The notes under the pieces: generated by a model
Told to the model about the DNA's origin: nothing
Databases searched by the model: none
What the model saw: the letters and a program-made list of their open reading frames with translations, nothing else
Shown here: positions 35,963 to 47,546 of the stretch, one piece after another
Numbering within the stretch: position 1 is the first letter of the stretch
Layout: each line of letters starts with the position of its first letter
Made by a program: the position numbers and the translations under genes
Assembly: GCA_963847445.1 (NCBI GenBank)
Contig: CAWJZV010000023.1
Location: 32,001 to 96,000 of the forward strand
Direction of reading: 5' to 3'
DNA from: an uncultured delta proteobacterium
GTDB taxonomy: Bacteria > Desulfobacterota > Binatia > UBA9968
DNA: 64,000 nt

Positions 35963-38149
35963 ATGGCAGACTATATTGAGACCTCCGGGTTACGCGTCGA
36001 CGAGCAGCTTTATCTTCTGGTGCGCGACGAGATCGCGCCCGGCACGGGCATCGACGCCGACTCTTTCTGGGCTTCGTTTGGCAAGATCATCGCCGATTTG
36101 GCACCGACCAATCGCGCGCTGTTGGATCGACGCGATGCGCTGCAAAGGCAGATCGATCAATGGTCTCTAGCGCAGCGCTCTAAACCGTTCGACTTGGCTG
36201 GATATAAGACCTTTCTCATCGACATCGGCTATCTCGATGCCGAGGGCGAAGATTTCCAAGCGGGCAGCGCCAACGTCGACCGCGAAATCGCGGCGATCTC
36301 CGGCCCGCAACTGGTGGTTCCGCTGGATAACGCACGCTATGCGCTCAACGCCGCCAACGCGCGCTGGGGCAGTCTCTACGACGCGCTCTACGGCACGGAT
36401 GTGATCCCCGAAGACAATGGCGCTGAAAAAGGCGAAGTCTATAACCCGCGGCGCGGCGCCAAAGTCATCGCCTACGCTGAAGCCTTCTTGGATGAAGCCG
36501 TTGGCCTTGCCGGCGGAAAGTTTTCTCAGGTTGCCGAGTTCGCGCTGAAGGACGCCGGCGGCGCCAAACAACTGACGGCAAGGTTGCAAGACGGGCGCGA
36601 AGTAGGGTTGGCGGACGTCGCCAAGTTTGCCGGCTACAGGGAAACGGCGGGACAGTTATCCCATCTCTTTTTCAAAAATAACGGTTTGCACATCGAGCTC
36701 CGCATCGATCGCAATCATCCCATCGGCAAGAGCCATGCAGCGGGAGTGAAAGATGTCGTCCTCGAGTCGGCGGTTACGACGATCCAGGACTGCGAAGATT
36801 CGGTGGCGGCGGTGGACGCGGCCGACAAAGTCCGCGTCTATCGTAACTGGACCGGCATCATGAAAGGGACTTTGACCGCGCGGGTTGATAAAGGCGGGAA
36901 GGAGTTGCTGCGCAGCCTGAATCCCGACGTTTGCTTCACCGCTGCCGATGGCAAGGCTGAAACCCTGCCCGGACGCAGCCTGTTGCTGGTGCGCAACGTC
37001 GGCATGCACATGTACACGGATGCGGTAACCACGGCGGACGGCGCGGAAATTCCCGAGGGATTTCTCGACGCCATGGTGACCGCGCTGGCCGCCTTGCACG
37101 ATTTGCTGCGCACCGGAAAGTTTATCAATAGTCGAACCGGCAGCGTTTATATCGTCAAACCCAAGCAGCATAGCGGCGACGAAGTGGCGGCGACGGTGGG
37201 GTTGTTCGCGAGAGTCGAGCAGGCGCTCGGGCTGACACCGAACACGCTCAAGCTTGGCATCATGGACGAAGAGCGGCGTCTGACCGTCAATCTCAAGCCA
37301 GCGATCCGCGCGGCGCGCGACCGGGTGGTATTTATCAACACCGGATTTCTCGACCGCACCGGCGACGAAATCCATACGAGCATGGAGCTCGGCCCGATGT
37401 TGCCGAAAATGGCCATCAAGAATCAACCGTGGCTCGGCGCTTACGAAGATTGGAATGTCGATGTCGGCATTGCCACGGGTCTTCCAGGCAAGGCGCAGAT
37501 CGGCAAAGGCATGTGGACCATGCCGGACGAGATGCGCAAGATGATGGACACCAAGCAAGCCCACCCGGAGGCTGGCGCGAATACGGCATGGGTGCCCTCG
37601 CCGACAGCGGCAACGTTACACGCGCTGCACTACCACAAAGTCGACGTCCGCAAGCAACAATCGGCACTGGCACAGCGCAGCCGCGCCAGCCTGGACGCCA
37701 TCCTGACGCCGCCTCTGCTCGATCGCAAGCTCAGCGCGGAGGAAATTCAAAACGAGCTGGATAACAATGCCCAAGGGATACTTGGCTATGTGGTGCGCTG
37801 GGTGGATCAAGGTATCGGTTGTTCGAAGGTGCCGGATATTCACGACACCGCGCTGATGGAAGACCGCGCCACACTGCGCATCTCCAGCCAGCACATCGCC
37901 AACTGGCTGCATCACAACGTCCTTAGCCGGGAACAGGTCATCGAGACTTTCAAGCGCATGGCCGCCATCGTCGACCGGCAAAATAGCGGCGATGCGAATT
38001 ATCGCAACATGGCGCCGGCATTTGACCTAAGCATCGCTTTTAACGCTGCCTTGGATCTCGTCTTCAAGGGACGGGAAACGGCCAACGGCTATACCGAGCC
38101 GGTGCTCCATGCTTGCCGCCGGCAGGTCAAGTCGGCCGGCCGCGGCTGA
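35963..38149 (+). CDS. glcB: Malate synthase G
   Basis: [60 protein letters not shown]. Confidence 0.97.
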   Translation: MADYIETSGLRVDEQLYLLVRDEIAPGTGIDADSFWASFGKIIADLAPTNRALLDRRDALQRQIDQWSLAQRSKPFDLAGYKTFLIDIGYLDAEGEDFQAGSANVDREIAAISGPQLVVPLDNARYALNAANARWGSLYDALYGTDVIPEDNGAEKGEVYNPRRGAKVIAYAEAFLDEAVGLAGGKFSQVAEFALKDAGGAKQLTARLQDGREVGLADVAKFAGYRETAGQLSHLFFKNNGLHIELRIDRNHPIGKSHAAGVKDVVLESAVTTIQDCEDSVAAVDAADKVRVYRNWTGIMKGTLTARVDKGGKELLRSLNPDVCFTAADGKAETLPGRSLLLVRNVGMHMYTDAVTTADGAEIPEGFLDAMVTALAALHDLLRTGKFINSRTGSVYIVKPKQHSGDEVAATVGLFARVEQALGLTPNTLKLGIMDEERRLTVNLKPAIRAARDRVVFINTGFLDRTGDEIHTSMELGPMLPKMAIKNQPWLGAYEDWNVDVGIATGLPGKAQIGKGMWTMPDEMRKMMDTKQAHPEAGANTAWVPSPTAATLHALHYHKVDVRKQQSALAQRSRASLDAILTPPLLDRKLSAEEIQNELDNNAQGILGYVVRWVDQGIGCSKVPDIHDTALMEDRATLRISSQHIANWLHHNVLSREQVIETFKRMAAIVDRQNSGDANYRNMAPAFDLSIAFNAALDLVFKGRETANGYTEPVLHACRRQVKSAGRG

Positions 38150-38236
38150 GCGCCATCCAACCCGTAGGATCCTCCCGTCCACGCCGGCAGTCGTCGCTGC
38201 TCTGCCGTCCACTTAGAATCCGTCGTAGAACTTTTG

Positions 38237-38360
38237 CCTTCGATAAACTCAGGCCCTGAGCCCGCCGAAGGGAACCGTTGAACCTTTGAACGGGGGAGGC
38301 TTCGCAGTTAACGACTTGAACGAAGCGCAGCGATTGAACGGCTTGAACGAATCGAACGGG
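38237..38360. repeat. Intergenic repeat cluster (CTTCGA..CTCAGG hairpin and TTGAAC iterations)
   Basis: ccttcgataaactcaggccctgagcccgccgaaggg; repeated ttgaac; complementary gttcaa iterations at 44756-44783 and 63081-63104. Confidence 0.6.
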
Positions 38361-38573
38361 CCGACCTTTGGATTTGCCAAGCGACACCGAAGTGGATTAA
38401 AGCAGAGAGCCATGCGTAATCGCGCTTTGATAGTGGCCTTGCTGAAAAAACTATAGATATTGCTGTCGCCTAATTGGGACGTCCGAGATTTTCATAATCC
38501 TCCGAACGAAATTCTCTTACTCCATTCCGCTCCAGATTTGCGCAAATCTAGAGTTATCTAATATTTACACTCT

Positions 38574-38589
38574 TGGTATGGAGCTTGCT
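38574..38589 (+). promoter_or_regulatory. Putative sigma54 promoter
   Basis: TGGTATGGAGCTTGCT: GG 38575-76 and GC 38587-88 are 12 bp apart; GGAGGA RBS and ATG follow. Confidence 0.6.
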
Positions 38590-38615
38590 CCTGTTCAGGG
38601 CAGGAGGAAAAGACG

Positions 38616-38933
38616 ATGAGAAAAAAATCGACTTCAATTCTATCTATCGGCTTAATGGCAGCTGCTATTGCGATTCCGAGTGGACGCGCCTTTGCCGCCG
38701 ACCCGCCAGGCAATCGTGAACAGCGCCAGGAGCTGCGCGAGGACATCCAGGAACTGCAACGGTTGCGACGCGCACGTGACCGCGAGCTCCGCCAGGGCGA
38801 TTATCAGGATGCCCGAGAGTATAATGAAAAAATCCGCGATCAGCGCAGAGAAATTCAACATGACCGGCGGGATATATATCGGTCAGATCGAGATCGGGAC
38901 TGGTATCGTGATTGGCGATGGGATCGGGACTAG
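38616..38933 (+). CDS. Small secreted, highly charged hypothetical protein
   Basis: Signal peptide ending AFA-AD; R/D/E/Q-rich helical body; strong RBS; own terminator. Confidence 0.8.
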   Translation: MRKKSTSILSIGLMAAAIAIPSGRAFAADPPGNREQRQELREDIQELQRLRRARDRELRQGDYQDAREYNEKIRDQRREIQHDRRDIYRSDRDRDWYRDWRWDRD

Positions 38934-38969
38934 AAGTTATTTCTGACCTGGCATGATTACAGTTGACTG

Positions 38970-38996
38970 AAAGGGCCGCCAATCTGGCGGCCCTTT
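38970..38996. terminator. Hairpin terminator
   Basis: aaagggccgcc-aatct-ggcggcccttt perfect stem. Confidence 0.8.
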
Positions 38997-39346
38997 CGCG
39001 TCTTAGACGATGCCCCGGCTCGCTCCGTTAAGGAATATTTGATCTTTCGCGGGTGTCGCCGCAATGTTATTTCCACCGGCTGCTCGGTCGCGAGCAATTT
39101 CTCTCTGTGTGGACTGACTCGATGATGAGCAGTCTGCGGGCACTACGCGAACCAAGATTTTGTTCGGAGAACCGCGCCCTAAATCTGGGTCGCTGGGAAT
39201 ACTGCATTCTCAATATTAGGACGGTGTTAGGTTAGTAATCCGCAGGCTTCTGACGCTGTGCTAAGGTCAGTGTGCGGTTTTTCACTAGCGGTTTCATTAA
39301 TTAACTCCGAAAGCTTCATCCTGTCGAGTCGTCGGCGCCCTAAGAT

Positions 39347-39363
39347 CCGGCACACATAATGCT
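39347..39363 (+). promoter_or_regulatory. Putative sigma54 promoter
   Basis: CGGCACACATAATGCT: GG 39349-50 and GC 39361-62, GGCAC core. Confidence 0.55.
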
Positions 39364-39408
39364 AGATTTAAATTGTGTAAGAAATTTTAGCTGAAGGAGG
39401 AGATAACG

Positions 39409-39555
39409 ATGCGACCGATAATTTACGCGACCCTGATGGTGTTATTCCTGAGCATGAACCTGGCTTGCAACACGGTTCACGGAGTTGGCAAAGACGTCGA
39501 ACGTGCCGGCGAAAAGACTCAAGACGCGGCCGACGCAGTCAAGAAAAAACTCTAA
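39409..39555 (+). CDS. Entericidin EcnA/B family lipoprotein (48 aa; below ORF-track cutoff)
   Basis: MRPIIYATLMVLFLSMNLACNTVHGVGKDVERAGEKTQDAADAVKKKL; CNTxxGxGKD signature; AAGGAGG RBS. Confidence 0.9.
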   Translation: MRPIIYATLMVLFLSMNLACNTVHGVGKDVERAGEKTQDAADAVKKKL

Positions 39556-40089
39556 GGACGGAGTCGTCTTCTCCCGCCCCGATCCTCGCTGCGCTCGGGG
39601 GAGGTTTGCGCGTTAACAGTCTCTTGCGCGAGAGGCGCCGGGTGAGCGGTTTAAACCTCACTATAGGCGCCTCTGCCGTCGCACGCGTAGTCCGATCCTG
39701 TTTAAGACATAGATCCTGGCGGCTTGCTTCAACCGACTCAGGATGAATATTCCACCGATGCGCCGATCGGCTGGCACCGGGATATTCCGAATTGTGGGCG
39801 TTGCCATCGCCGCGTTCGATTGGCGCCCCATGTCGGATGGCTCTGATCTTGTTTACGGACCGACCGATGCCGGGTGTTGCCTCCGCCGCTGATTTAACTG
39901 ACGGCTCCCGACAGTGTAAGCGTCGCGGGATCGGCCGGGTTTGCAGAGCAGACAAATCGGCAAAGATATACCCACCTCGGCGCTGGAACGGGCGCTGCGA
40001 TCATGTTTCTATTAATGCGCTAACTGTGCAGTCATGTCATAGCGGCAGACCGCGCTTACCGGCCTTGCCAGCGCTTAATTCGAGACGCT

Positions 40090-41166
40090 ATGAAATCGCC
40101 CAACCCCGCCAACCTGCCTGGCCTTGAGGACAAGACGTTTTTGCTTCTGGTCATTGCCGTATCGCTGGCATTCGCATGGATCCTCTGGCCGTTCTACGGT
40201 GCGGTGTTATGGGGAACTATTTTGGCCATTCTGTTTGCGCCTGTGGACCGCCGGCTGCGCGCAATCATGGGGCAGAGACGCACGCTTGCAGCACTCGCGA
40301 CCGTGGGAATCGTTCTGCTGATAGTCATTTTGCCGCTTATCCTGATCGGCGGGCTGTTGTTACAGGAAGCGGTCGGTGTGTACGAGAAGTTCAAATCGGG
40401 AGAACTCAACTTCGGCCGGTATTTTCAGCAGGTGCTCGGCGCCCTGCCGGCATGGATAACTGCCTTGCTGGACCGGTTTGGCTTGAGCAATCTCGGCGCG
40501 ATGCAAGATAAACTGTCCGGCAATTTAATGCAGGGCAGTCAGTTCGTTGCCACCAAGGCTTTTGACATTGGCCAGAACACCTTCGATCTGGCGGTCAATC
40601 TTTGCATTGTTCTCTACCTGCTGTTCTTTTTCCTGTGCGACGGCGACAAGCTTGTCCGGCGCATCAGGGCGGCTGTCCCTTTGCACCCGAATCAACAGCG
40701 CGAGCTCTTCGACATGTTCGCCACCGTTACTCGCGCCACCGTCAAAGGCAACGTCGTCACGGCAATCGTCCAAGGAGTGCTCGGCGGGCTGATCTTCTGG
40801 ATACTGAATGTCCATGCGCCGGTGCTCTGGGCGGTTGTCATGGCTTTTTTCTCGCTGCTGCCGGCCATCGGCACCGCCCTGATCTGGCTTCCGGTGGCGA
40901 TCTATTTTTTGGTCACCGGCGCGATCTGGCAGGGCATCGTCTTGATCGCCTTCGGCGTGCTCGTCATCGGCCTGGTAGACAACCTGCTGCGGCCGATCCT
41001 GGTGGGTAAGGACACCAAAATGCCGGACTATGTCGTGCTGATCTCCACCCTCGGCGGCATGGCAATTTTCGGACTCAACGGTTTTGTCATCGGGCCGCTG
41101 ATCGCCGCGATGTTCATGTCGGTGTGGGAGATTTTCGCCGCATCGAGGGTCGCCAATCGCAATTGA
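40090..41166 (+). CDS. AI-2E family transporter
   Basis: Multiple TMs, LPAIGTALIWLP, VDNLLRPILVG, FGLNGFVIGPL. Confidence 0.92.
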   Translation: MKSPNPANLPGLEDKTFLLLVIAVSLAFAWILWPFYGAVLWGTILAILFAPVDRRLRAIMGQRRTLAALATVGIVLLIVILPLILIGGLLLQEAVGVYEKFKSGELNFGRYFQQVLGALPAWITALLDRFGLSNLGAMQDKLSGNLMQGSQFVATKAFDIGQNTFDLAVNLCIVLYLLFFFLCDGDKLVRRIRAAVPLHPNQQRELFDMFATVTRATVKGNVVTAIVQGVLGGLIFWILNVHAPVLWAVVMAFFSLLPAIGTALIWLPVAIYFLVTGAIWQGIVLIAFGVLVIGLVDNLLRPILVGKDTKMPDYVVLISTLGGMAIFGLNGFVIGPLIAAMFMSVWEIFAASRVANRN

Positions 41167-41419
41167 TCGCAGTGCCGATTTCCCGCCAGTACAGATCGCA
41201 GGGCCTGGCCTTTCTTTCTTGTGCGAGTATTTCGAATTCAAAAATACCGCATGACGGCTAAAGCCCAGGGTCTTACACCAATCATGGTATCACGGCTGGG
41301 CGCTTGATAAGCGAAGTGCGGCAACACCCCAGGCAGAAAACACTGGAGCGCGCTTGCGCCGGTTGACGGTGACGGGCGACCCGAATAGGTTGGATGTTAA
41401 TTTCTCGACAGGAGGCGCG

Positions 41420-41776
41420 ATGAACTATCAGTTGGAACATGTGGCTATTTACTGCAAAGATCTCCACGCGACGATCAAGTTCTACGAGAAGTTTTTCGGC
41501 GGGCAGCCGACGGCGGTCAGAAAAGGCGATGCCGGTTATGCGTTTTGTTTCATGCGCATCGCCGGCTCGCCGGCCATTCAACTAATGGAATCGGCGACCG
41601 GGGTCGGCGTCCATCATTACGGCTTCGTCACCGACGACATCGACCAGGTGTGCCTGGAGTTCAAGCAAAAGGGCGCGACAATCCTGCGCGAGAATCGCGA
41701 CGGGGCGGGCAAGCTCACGACGATCTTCGTCAAAGACCCCAACGGTTTAGAGATGGAGATCCGCGGGCCGCGCTGA
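41420..41776 (+). CDS. VOC/glyoxalase family protein
   Basis: LEHVAI, FYEKFFG, HHYGF, DPNGLEMEI; GGAGG RBS. Confidence 0.9.
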   Translation: MNYQLEHVAIYCKDLHATIKFYEKFFGGQPTAVRKGDAGYAFCFMRIAGSPAIQLMESATGVGVHHYGFVTDDIDQVCLEFKQKGATILRENRDGAGKLTTIFVKDPNGLEMEIRGPR

Positions 41777-41840
41777 AGCCGCGAAGTCGTTGGGGGCTCT
41801 CCGGGGGCCAAATCTCGTTATCTGATAAAAGGAGCAAGAC

Positions 41841-42413
41841 ATGAATCTGTCACCCCGGTTCGACCAGGCGCTGCATTACGCGGTGTTGATTCACGCCGGA
41901 CAACTGCGCAAGGGCACCGAAATTCCTTATTTGTCCCATTTACTGGGTGTGGCCAGCATCGCGCTTGAGTACGGCGCGAACGAAGACCAAGCGATCGGCG
42001 CGTTGCTGCACGACGCCGGGGAAGATGCCGGCGGTCGCGGCCGGATCGAAGATATTCGGCAACGCTTCGGCGACGAGGTCGCCGACATCGTTGACGGCTG
42101 CACCGACGCCGATGTCGTTCCTAAACCCGAGTGGCGGAAACGTAAAGCAGATTACATTGCGCATATTGCGACTGCGTCTGCCGCAGTGCGGTTGGTGTCG
42201 GCCTCAGACAAACTGCACAACGCCCGCGCCATCTTGCGCGACTATCGTGTGCACGGAGAAGACCTATGGCCGCGTTTCACGGGCGGAAAAGACGGCACGC
42301 TGTGGTACTACCGAGCATTGGTAGCCGCTTTTACCGCAGCGGAAAACAATGAACTAGGCGAGGAACTAAAACGAGTGGTGGCGGAGATCGAGACGCTTAG
42401 CGGGGCAGGGTGA
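41841..42413 (+). CDS. Stand-alone HD domain protein, Mesh1/small alarmone hydrolase-like
   Basis: HAGQLRKG..PYLSH..ALLHDAGED..CTD..DKLHNAR. Confidence 0.85.
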   Translation: MNLSPRFDQALHYAVLIHAGQLRKGTEIPYLSHLLGVASIALEYGANEDQAIGALLHDAGEDAGGRGRIEDIRQRFGDEVADIVDGCTDADVVPKPEWRKRKADYIAHIATASAAVRLVSASDKLHNARAILRDYRVHGEDLWPRFTGGKDGTLWYYRALVAAFTAAENNELGEELKRVVAEIETLSGAG

Positions 42414-42884
42414 TCGCAGGCAACCACACAACGGTTTTTGGATTTGCGGCACCTAACGGTGAAATCCCTCGCTCCTTCGACGGTGCTCAGGACATGCTTC
42501 AGTCGAAGAGAAGAGTTGTCATACCGGGGGCGCGGTCGTCACCCCGGTGAAAACCGCGGTCCATCCCAGCCCCAGCATCCGGATAGCGTTTTCCAATAGT
42601 ACCACGGATACAGTCCGGCACCTGCTCTCGGCGGAACGACAATAAAGCGAAGAGGGAATTCAAATCGACATTGATTTACCGACGCGGGTGAGCCCGCCGG
42701 CTTTGCGGTGCGGCTCCGCACCGGCCTGTGCCTCTGCCTTTGGTCTTAGCCGGGACAGGCTGAAGGCGGTGGATGGTATTTATTTAGACGTGGCAAATAA
42801 GCCCCTTTCATTGCGCAAGTGTATCGGCGGAGCTAGAGTCAATAGAATCGATGTCAGAGGGATCTTTCCCGGACGGAGGGTTTT

Positions 42885-44723
42885 TTGACTTTATCATCAA
42901 AACAAATGGCAATTGGACTCGGCGTGGCGCTCCTGGTTTTTATGATTTTCACCGTTATTAGCAAACAAAACCGGGGCGAACCGGAGATTATTTTCAGCGA
43001 GTTTAACGCCGCTGTGGAGCGCGGCGACGTTGGCGAGGTGGTGATCCAGGGGAATAATATTCAAGGCAAATACAAGAACGGCGGACTGTTTAGAACTTTT
43101 ACCGCCGATGATCCGCAGCTGGTGAAGTCATTGCGCGGCAAGGACGTGAAAATCACCGCGAAGCCCGAGGATGACACGCCGTGGTACATGCTGCTGCTGC
43201 TTAATTGGTTTCCCATGCTGCTGCTCATCGGTGTCTGGATATTTTTCATGCGCCAGATGCAGGCCGGCGGCGGCAAGGCGATGTCCTTTGGCAAGAGCCG
43301 GGCAAAGCTGCTTACGGAGAATCAACAGCGCATCACCTTTCGCGATGTCGCCGGTGTCGACGAGGCCAAGGATGATCTGCAGGAGATCATCGCATTCCTC
43401 AAGGATCCAAAGAAATTCACCAAACTTGGCGGCCGAATTCCTAAAGGGTGTTTACTCGTCGGCGCCCCGGGAACCGGCAAGACGCTGTTGGCTCGAGCGA
43501 TCGCGGGTGAAGCCGGCGTGCCGTTCTTCAACATCAGCGGTTCCGATTTCGTCGAAATGTTCGTCGGCGTCGGCGCGTCTCGCGTGCGCGATCTATTCGT
43601 GCAGGGCAAAAAGAAGGCCCCTTGCATCATCTTTATCGACGAAATCGACGCCGTCGGACGTCACCGCGGCGCTGGCTTCGGCGGCGGCAATGACGAGCGG
43701 GAGCAGACGTTGAACCAGCTGCTGGTGGAAATGGATGGGTTCGAGTCCAACGAAGGAGTTATTCTGATCGCCGCGACCAACCGGCCCGATGTATTGGATC
43801 CCGCGTTGCTCCGTCCGGGGCGGTTCGATCGGCATGTTGTCGTGCCGCGGCCGGACATCAAAGGGCGGGAAGGCATCTTGCAGGTGCACTCGCGCAAGGT
43901 GCCCTTGGCAGGGGATGTCGATGTGAACGTGCTGGCGCGATCCACGCCCGGGCTTACCGGCGCGGACTTGGAGAATCTCGTCAACGAAGCGGCTTTGTTG
44001 GCGGCTCGCAATGACCAGGAAACAGTCACCATGGTCCACCTCGAGTTGGCCAAAGACAAGGTCATGATGGGCGCCGAGCGGCGCAGCATGATCATCAGCG
44101 ACGCAGAAAAGCGCACTACCGCCTATCATGAAGCCGGCCATGCGTTGGTGGCGAAATTGCTGCCGGGCGCCGATCCGATCCACAAAGTGACGATCATCCC
44201 GCGTGGCATGGCTTTGGGTCTGACGCAACAACTGCCCCAAGACGAAAAATATACCTATGCCTCGGCGTATCTGCTCAATAATCTAGTCATCCTGTTCGGC
44301 GGCCGCGTGGCCGAAGAGCTGGTGCTCAAGCAGGTCACCACGGGCGCAGGCAATGACATCGAAAAGGCGACGGATCTGGCGCGCCGAATGGTCTGCGAGT
44401 GGGGCATGAGCGAAAAGTTAGGGCCAATGACTTTCGGCAAAAAAGAGGAAGAGATCTTCATGGGAAGAGATTTTACCCAGAAAGTCGGCTATTCCAAGAA
44501 CACGGCCATTGAGATCGACGCTGAGATCAAGCGGATTATTCAGGAGAGCTACCAGCAGGCCAGGGACCTATTGACGACCCATCTCCTGCTGCTCCATAGC
44601 ATTGCCGAGCAGTTGCTTGAAAAAGAGGTTCTGGATGGTTCGGAGATTGACGCCATAGTCAGAGCTTTCAGTCTTAACGGCGGTGCCCCGGTCACATTAG
44701 CGACTGCGGCGGCCACTGCTTAA
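42885..44723 (+). CDS. ftsH: ATP-dependent zinc metalloprotease FtsH
   Basis: Two TMs, [29 protein letters not shown]. Confidence 0.97.
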   Translation: MTLSSKQMAIGLGVALLVFMIFTVISKQNRGEPEIIFSEFNAAVERGDVGEVVIQGNNIQGKYKNGGLFRTFTADDPQLVKSLRGKDVKITAKPEDDTPWYMLLLLNWFPMLLLIGVWIFFMRQMQAGGGKAMSFGKSRAKLLTENQQRITFRDVAGVDEAKDDLQEIIAFLKDPKKFTKLGGRIPKGCLLVGAPGTGKTLLARAIAGEAGVPFFNISGSDFVEMFVGVGASRVRDLFVQGKKKAPCIIFIDEIDAVGRHRGAGFGGGNDEREQTLNQLLVEMDGFESNEGVILIAATNRPDVLDPALLRPGRFDRHVVVPRPDIKGREGILQVHSRKVPLAGDVDVNVLARSTPGLTGADLENLVNEAALLAARNDQETVTMVHLELAKDKVMMGAERRSMIISDAEKRTTAYHEAGHALVAKLLPGADPIHKVTIIPRGMALGLTQQLPQDEKYTYASAYLLNNLVILFGGRVAEELVLKQVTTGAGNDIEKATDLARRMVCEWGMSEKLGPMTFGKKEEEIFMGRDFTQKVGYSKNTAIEIDAEIKRIIQESYQQARDLLTTHLLLLHSIAEQLLEKEVLDGSEIDAIVRAFSLNGGAPVTLATAAATA

Positions 44724-44862
44724 GTTCACTAAGGGCGAAAGGCGCGGGGCGGCGATTCAAGAGTTCAATGGTTCAAAGTTCAACGACAGAGTCGGACGGG
44801 AACTTGGACGTTTGGAGACACCCCGAGTTGTCGAAACCGATGTATTGCATGGAGGCGCTATC

Positions 44863-44994
44863 ATGAACCAGAATGCCAAACGTAATTCGCAACGCCGCAA
44901 GCGGCAAGCGACACGGCTTTCTAAACGCGAGTATTTTAGAAAGAAGAAGGAAGCCGTCGATGTGTCAGCTGCCGGGCAGAACAAAGCGGCGTAA
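44863..44994 (+). CDS. Small basic hypothetical peptide (43 aa)
   Basis: GGAGG RBS 7 nt before ATG; MNQNAKRNSQRRKRQATRLSKREYFRKKKEAVDVSAAGQNKAA. Confidence 0.5.
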   Translation: MNQNAKRNSQRRKRQATRLSKREYFRKKKEAVDVSAAGQNKAA

Positions 44995-45006
44995 GAAAAC
45001 ATTTCA

Positions 45007-45046
45007 TTCACCACGAAGGTTCGGAAGTTAAGTCTCTTCCTTCGTG
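45007..45046. repeat. CACGAAG-family repeat
   Basis: 45012-45046 is the exact reverse complement of 57691-57725 (35 nt). Confidence 0.85.
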
Positions 45047-45242
45047 CTCTGCGTACTATTATCCTTGACAATTTGCGTGACTGCGCAAATTATCAAGCGC
45101 CAATGCCAAGAGGACGGGTTTTAAACCCGCCCCTACGACTCCCGATATTTTTTGCGCCCTTTAGTTCTTTGCGGCCATTCGTCTTTTCGGCTGTATATAC
45201 GGATGCCGCTGCGCGTTGCCGGGTCATTTCTGGAGGGGCGAA

Positions 45243-46439
<1,197 letters not shown>

Positions 46440-46451
46440 GGCGCAAAATCC

Positions 46452-46946
46452 TTAGACTTTAAATTTCTCTTGGAGTTTTTTGAGGACATTGTCGGGCACC
46501 AGACCGGCCACGTTGCCGCCGAGACTGACGACTTCTTTGACGAGCCGCGAGCTGGTGTAAAATTCCGACTCGCCGGTCATCATGAAAAAGGTTTCCAGCT
46601 TGGGCTTGAGCCGGTGGTTCATCATCGCCATTTGAAATTCATATTCAAAGTCGGAGATCGCGCGCAGGCCGCGGATCACCACCGTCGCGCCTTGACGCTC
46701 CGCGTAGTCGACCAGTAGCCCTTGAAACGACACGGCCTTGACCCGGCCATCGGTGCCGGCGAACACCTCTTCGATCAACTGCAAGCGCTCTTGAACCGTG
46801 AACAGCGAGCGATCTTTGTCAGGATTGCTGGCGATAGCGACGACGACTTTGTCGAACACCCGCAAGGTGCGATTGACCAGATCGACATGGCCGTTGGTGA
46901 TCGGATCGAAGGAGCCGGGATAGATAGCGACATCGTTGTTAGCCAT
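46452..46946 (-). CDS. coaD: Phosphopantetheine adenylyltransferase
   Basis: YPGSFDPITNGH, RGLRAISDFEYE, SSRLVKEV. Confidence 0.97.
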   Translation of the reverse strand: MANNDVAIYPGSFDPITNGHVDLVNRTLRVFDKVVVAIASNPDKDRSLFTVQERLQLIEEVFAGTDGRVKAVSFQGLLVDYAERQGATVVIRGLRAISDFEYEFQMAMMNHRLKPKLETFFMMTGESEFYTSSRLVKEVVSLGGNVAGLVPDNVLKKLQEKFKV

Positions 46947-46957
46947 AGTGTGTGTCC

Positions 46958-47531
46958 TTACGCGGTCGTATTCATAGCCTGTGATTTGTCGAAGAATGAC
47001 AACAAAGTATCACCATAACGGCGTTGATCATTCAATATGAGCCCGCCGTAATCGCGCCTGACGGCTTCCCGTCCGCTGTGTTCGACGACGACGATGGCGG
47101 CGGGGTTGAGCAAGGCGCACTGGCCGATGGCTTCCAGGGTCGTTTGTAACCAAGCCTCGTTCATAGGGTGGGTCGAGAAATATTAGATCGAACTTTTCGC
47201 CGGCCTTGTCGAGCTTGCGCAGCGCCCGCGCCACCGGAACGATCCAGACCTGCGCCCGCTGGAGCAATTCCAACCTGGTCAAGTTCGCGCGGATCACCGC
47301 CGCCGAGCGCGCCGACTCATCGACCAATACCGCTTCGACGGCGCCGCGGCTGAGCGCTTCGATGCTGACGTTGCCGCTGCCGGCGTAGAGATCGAGCACC
47401 CGCAGACCGGAGAAATCATGGGGCAGAATGTTAAACAGCGACTCCTTGACCCGCGCCGCCGTCGGCCGGACCGTCAGTCCTTTGGGTACTTTGAGCTTGC
47501 GGCCGCGCGCCGTTCCGCCGATCACTTTCAT
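46958..47531 (-). CDS. rsmD: 16S rRNA m2G966 methyltransferase RsmD (frameshift near 47160)
   Basis: RPTAARVKESLF, LDLYAGSG, FLDPPY, RRYGDT. Confidence 0.93.
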
Positions 47532-47546
47532 GGTCAAAGAGTTCGC

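Noticed and set aside
42539-42721. Trp/Tyr-rich minus-strand ORF upstream of ftsH
   Set aside because: No RBS, weak start and no recognisable family; insufficient support
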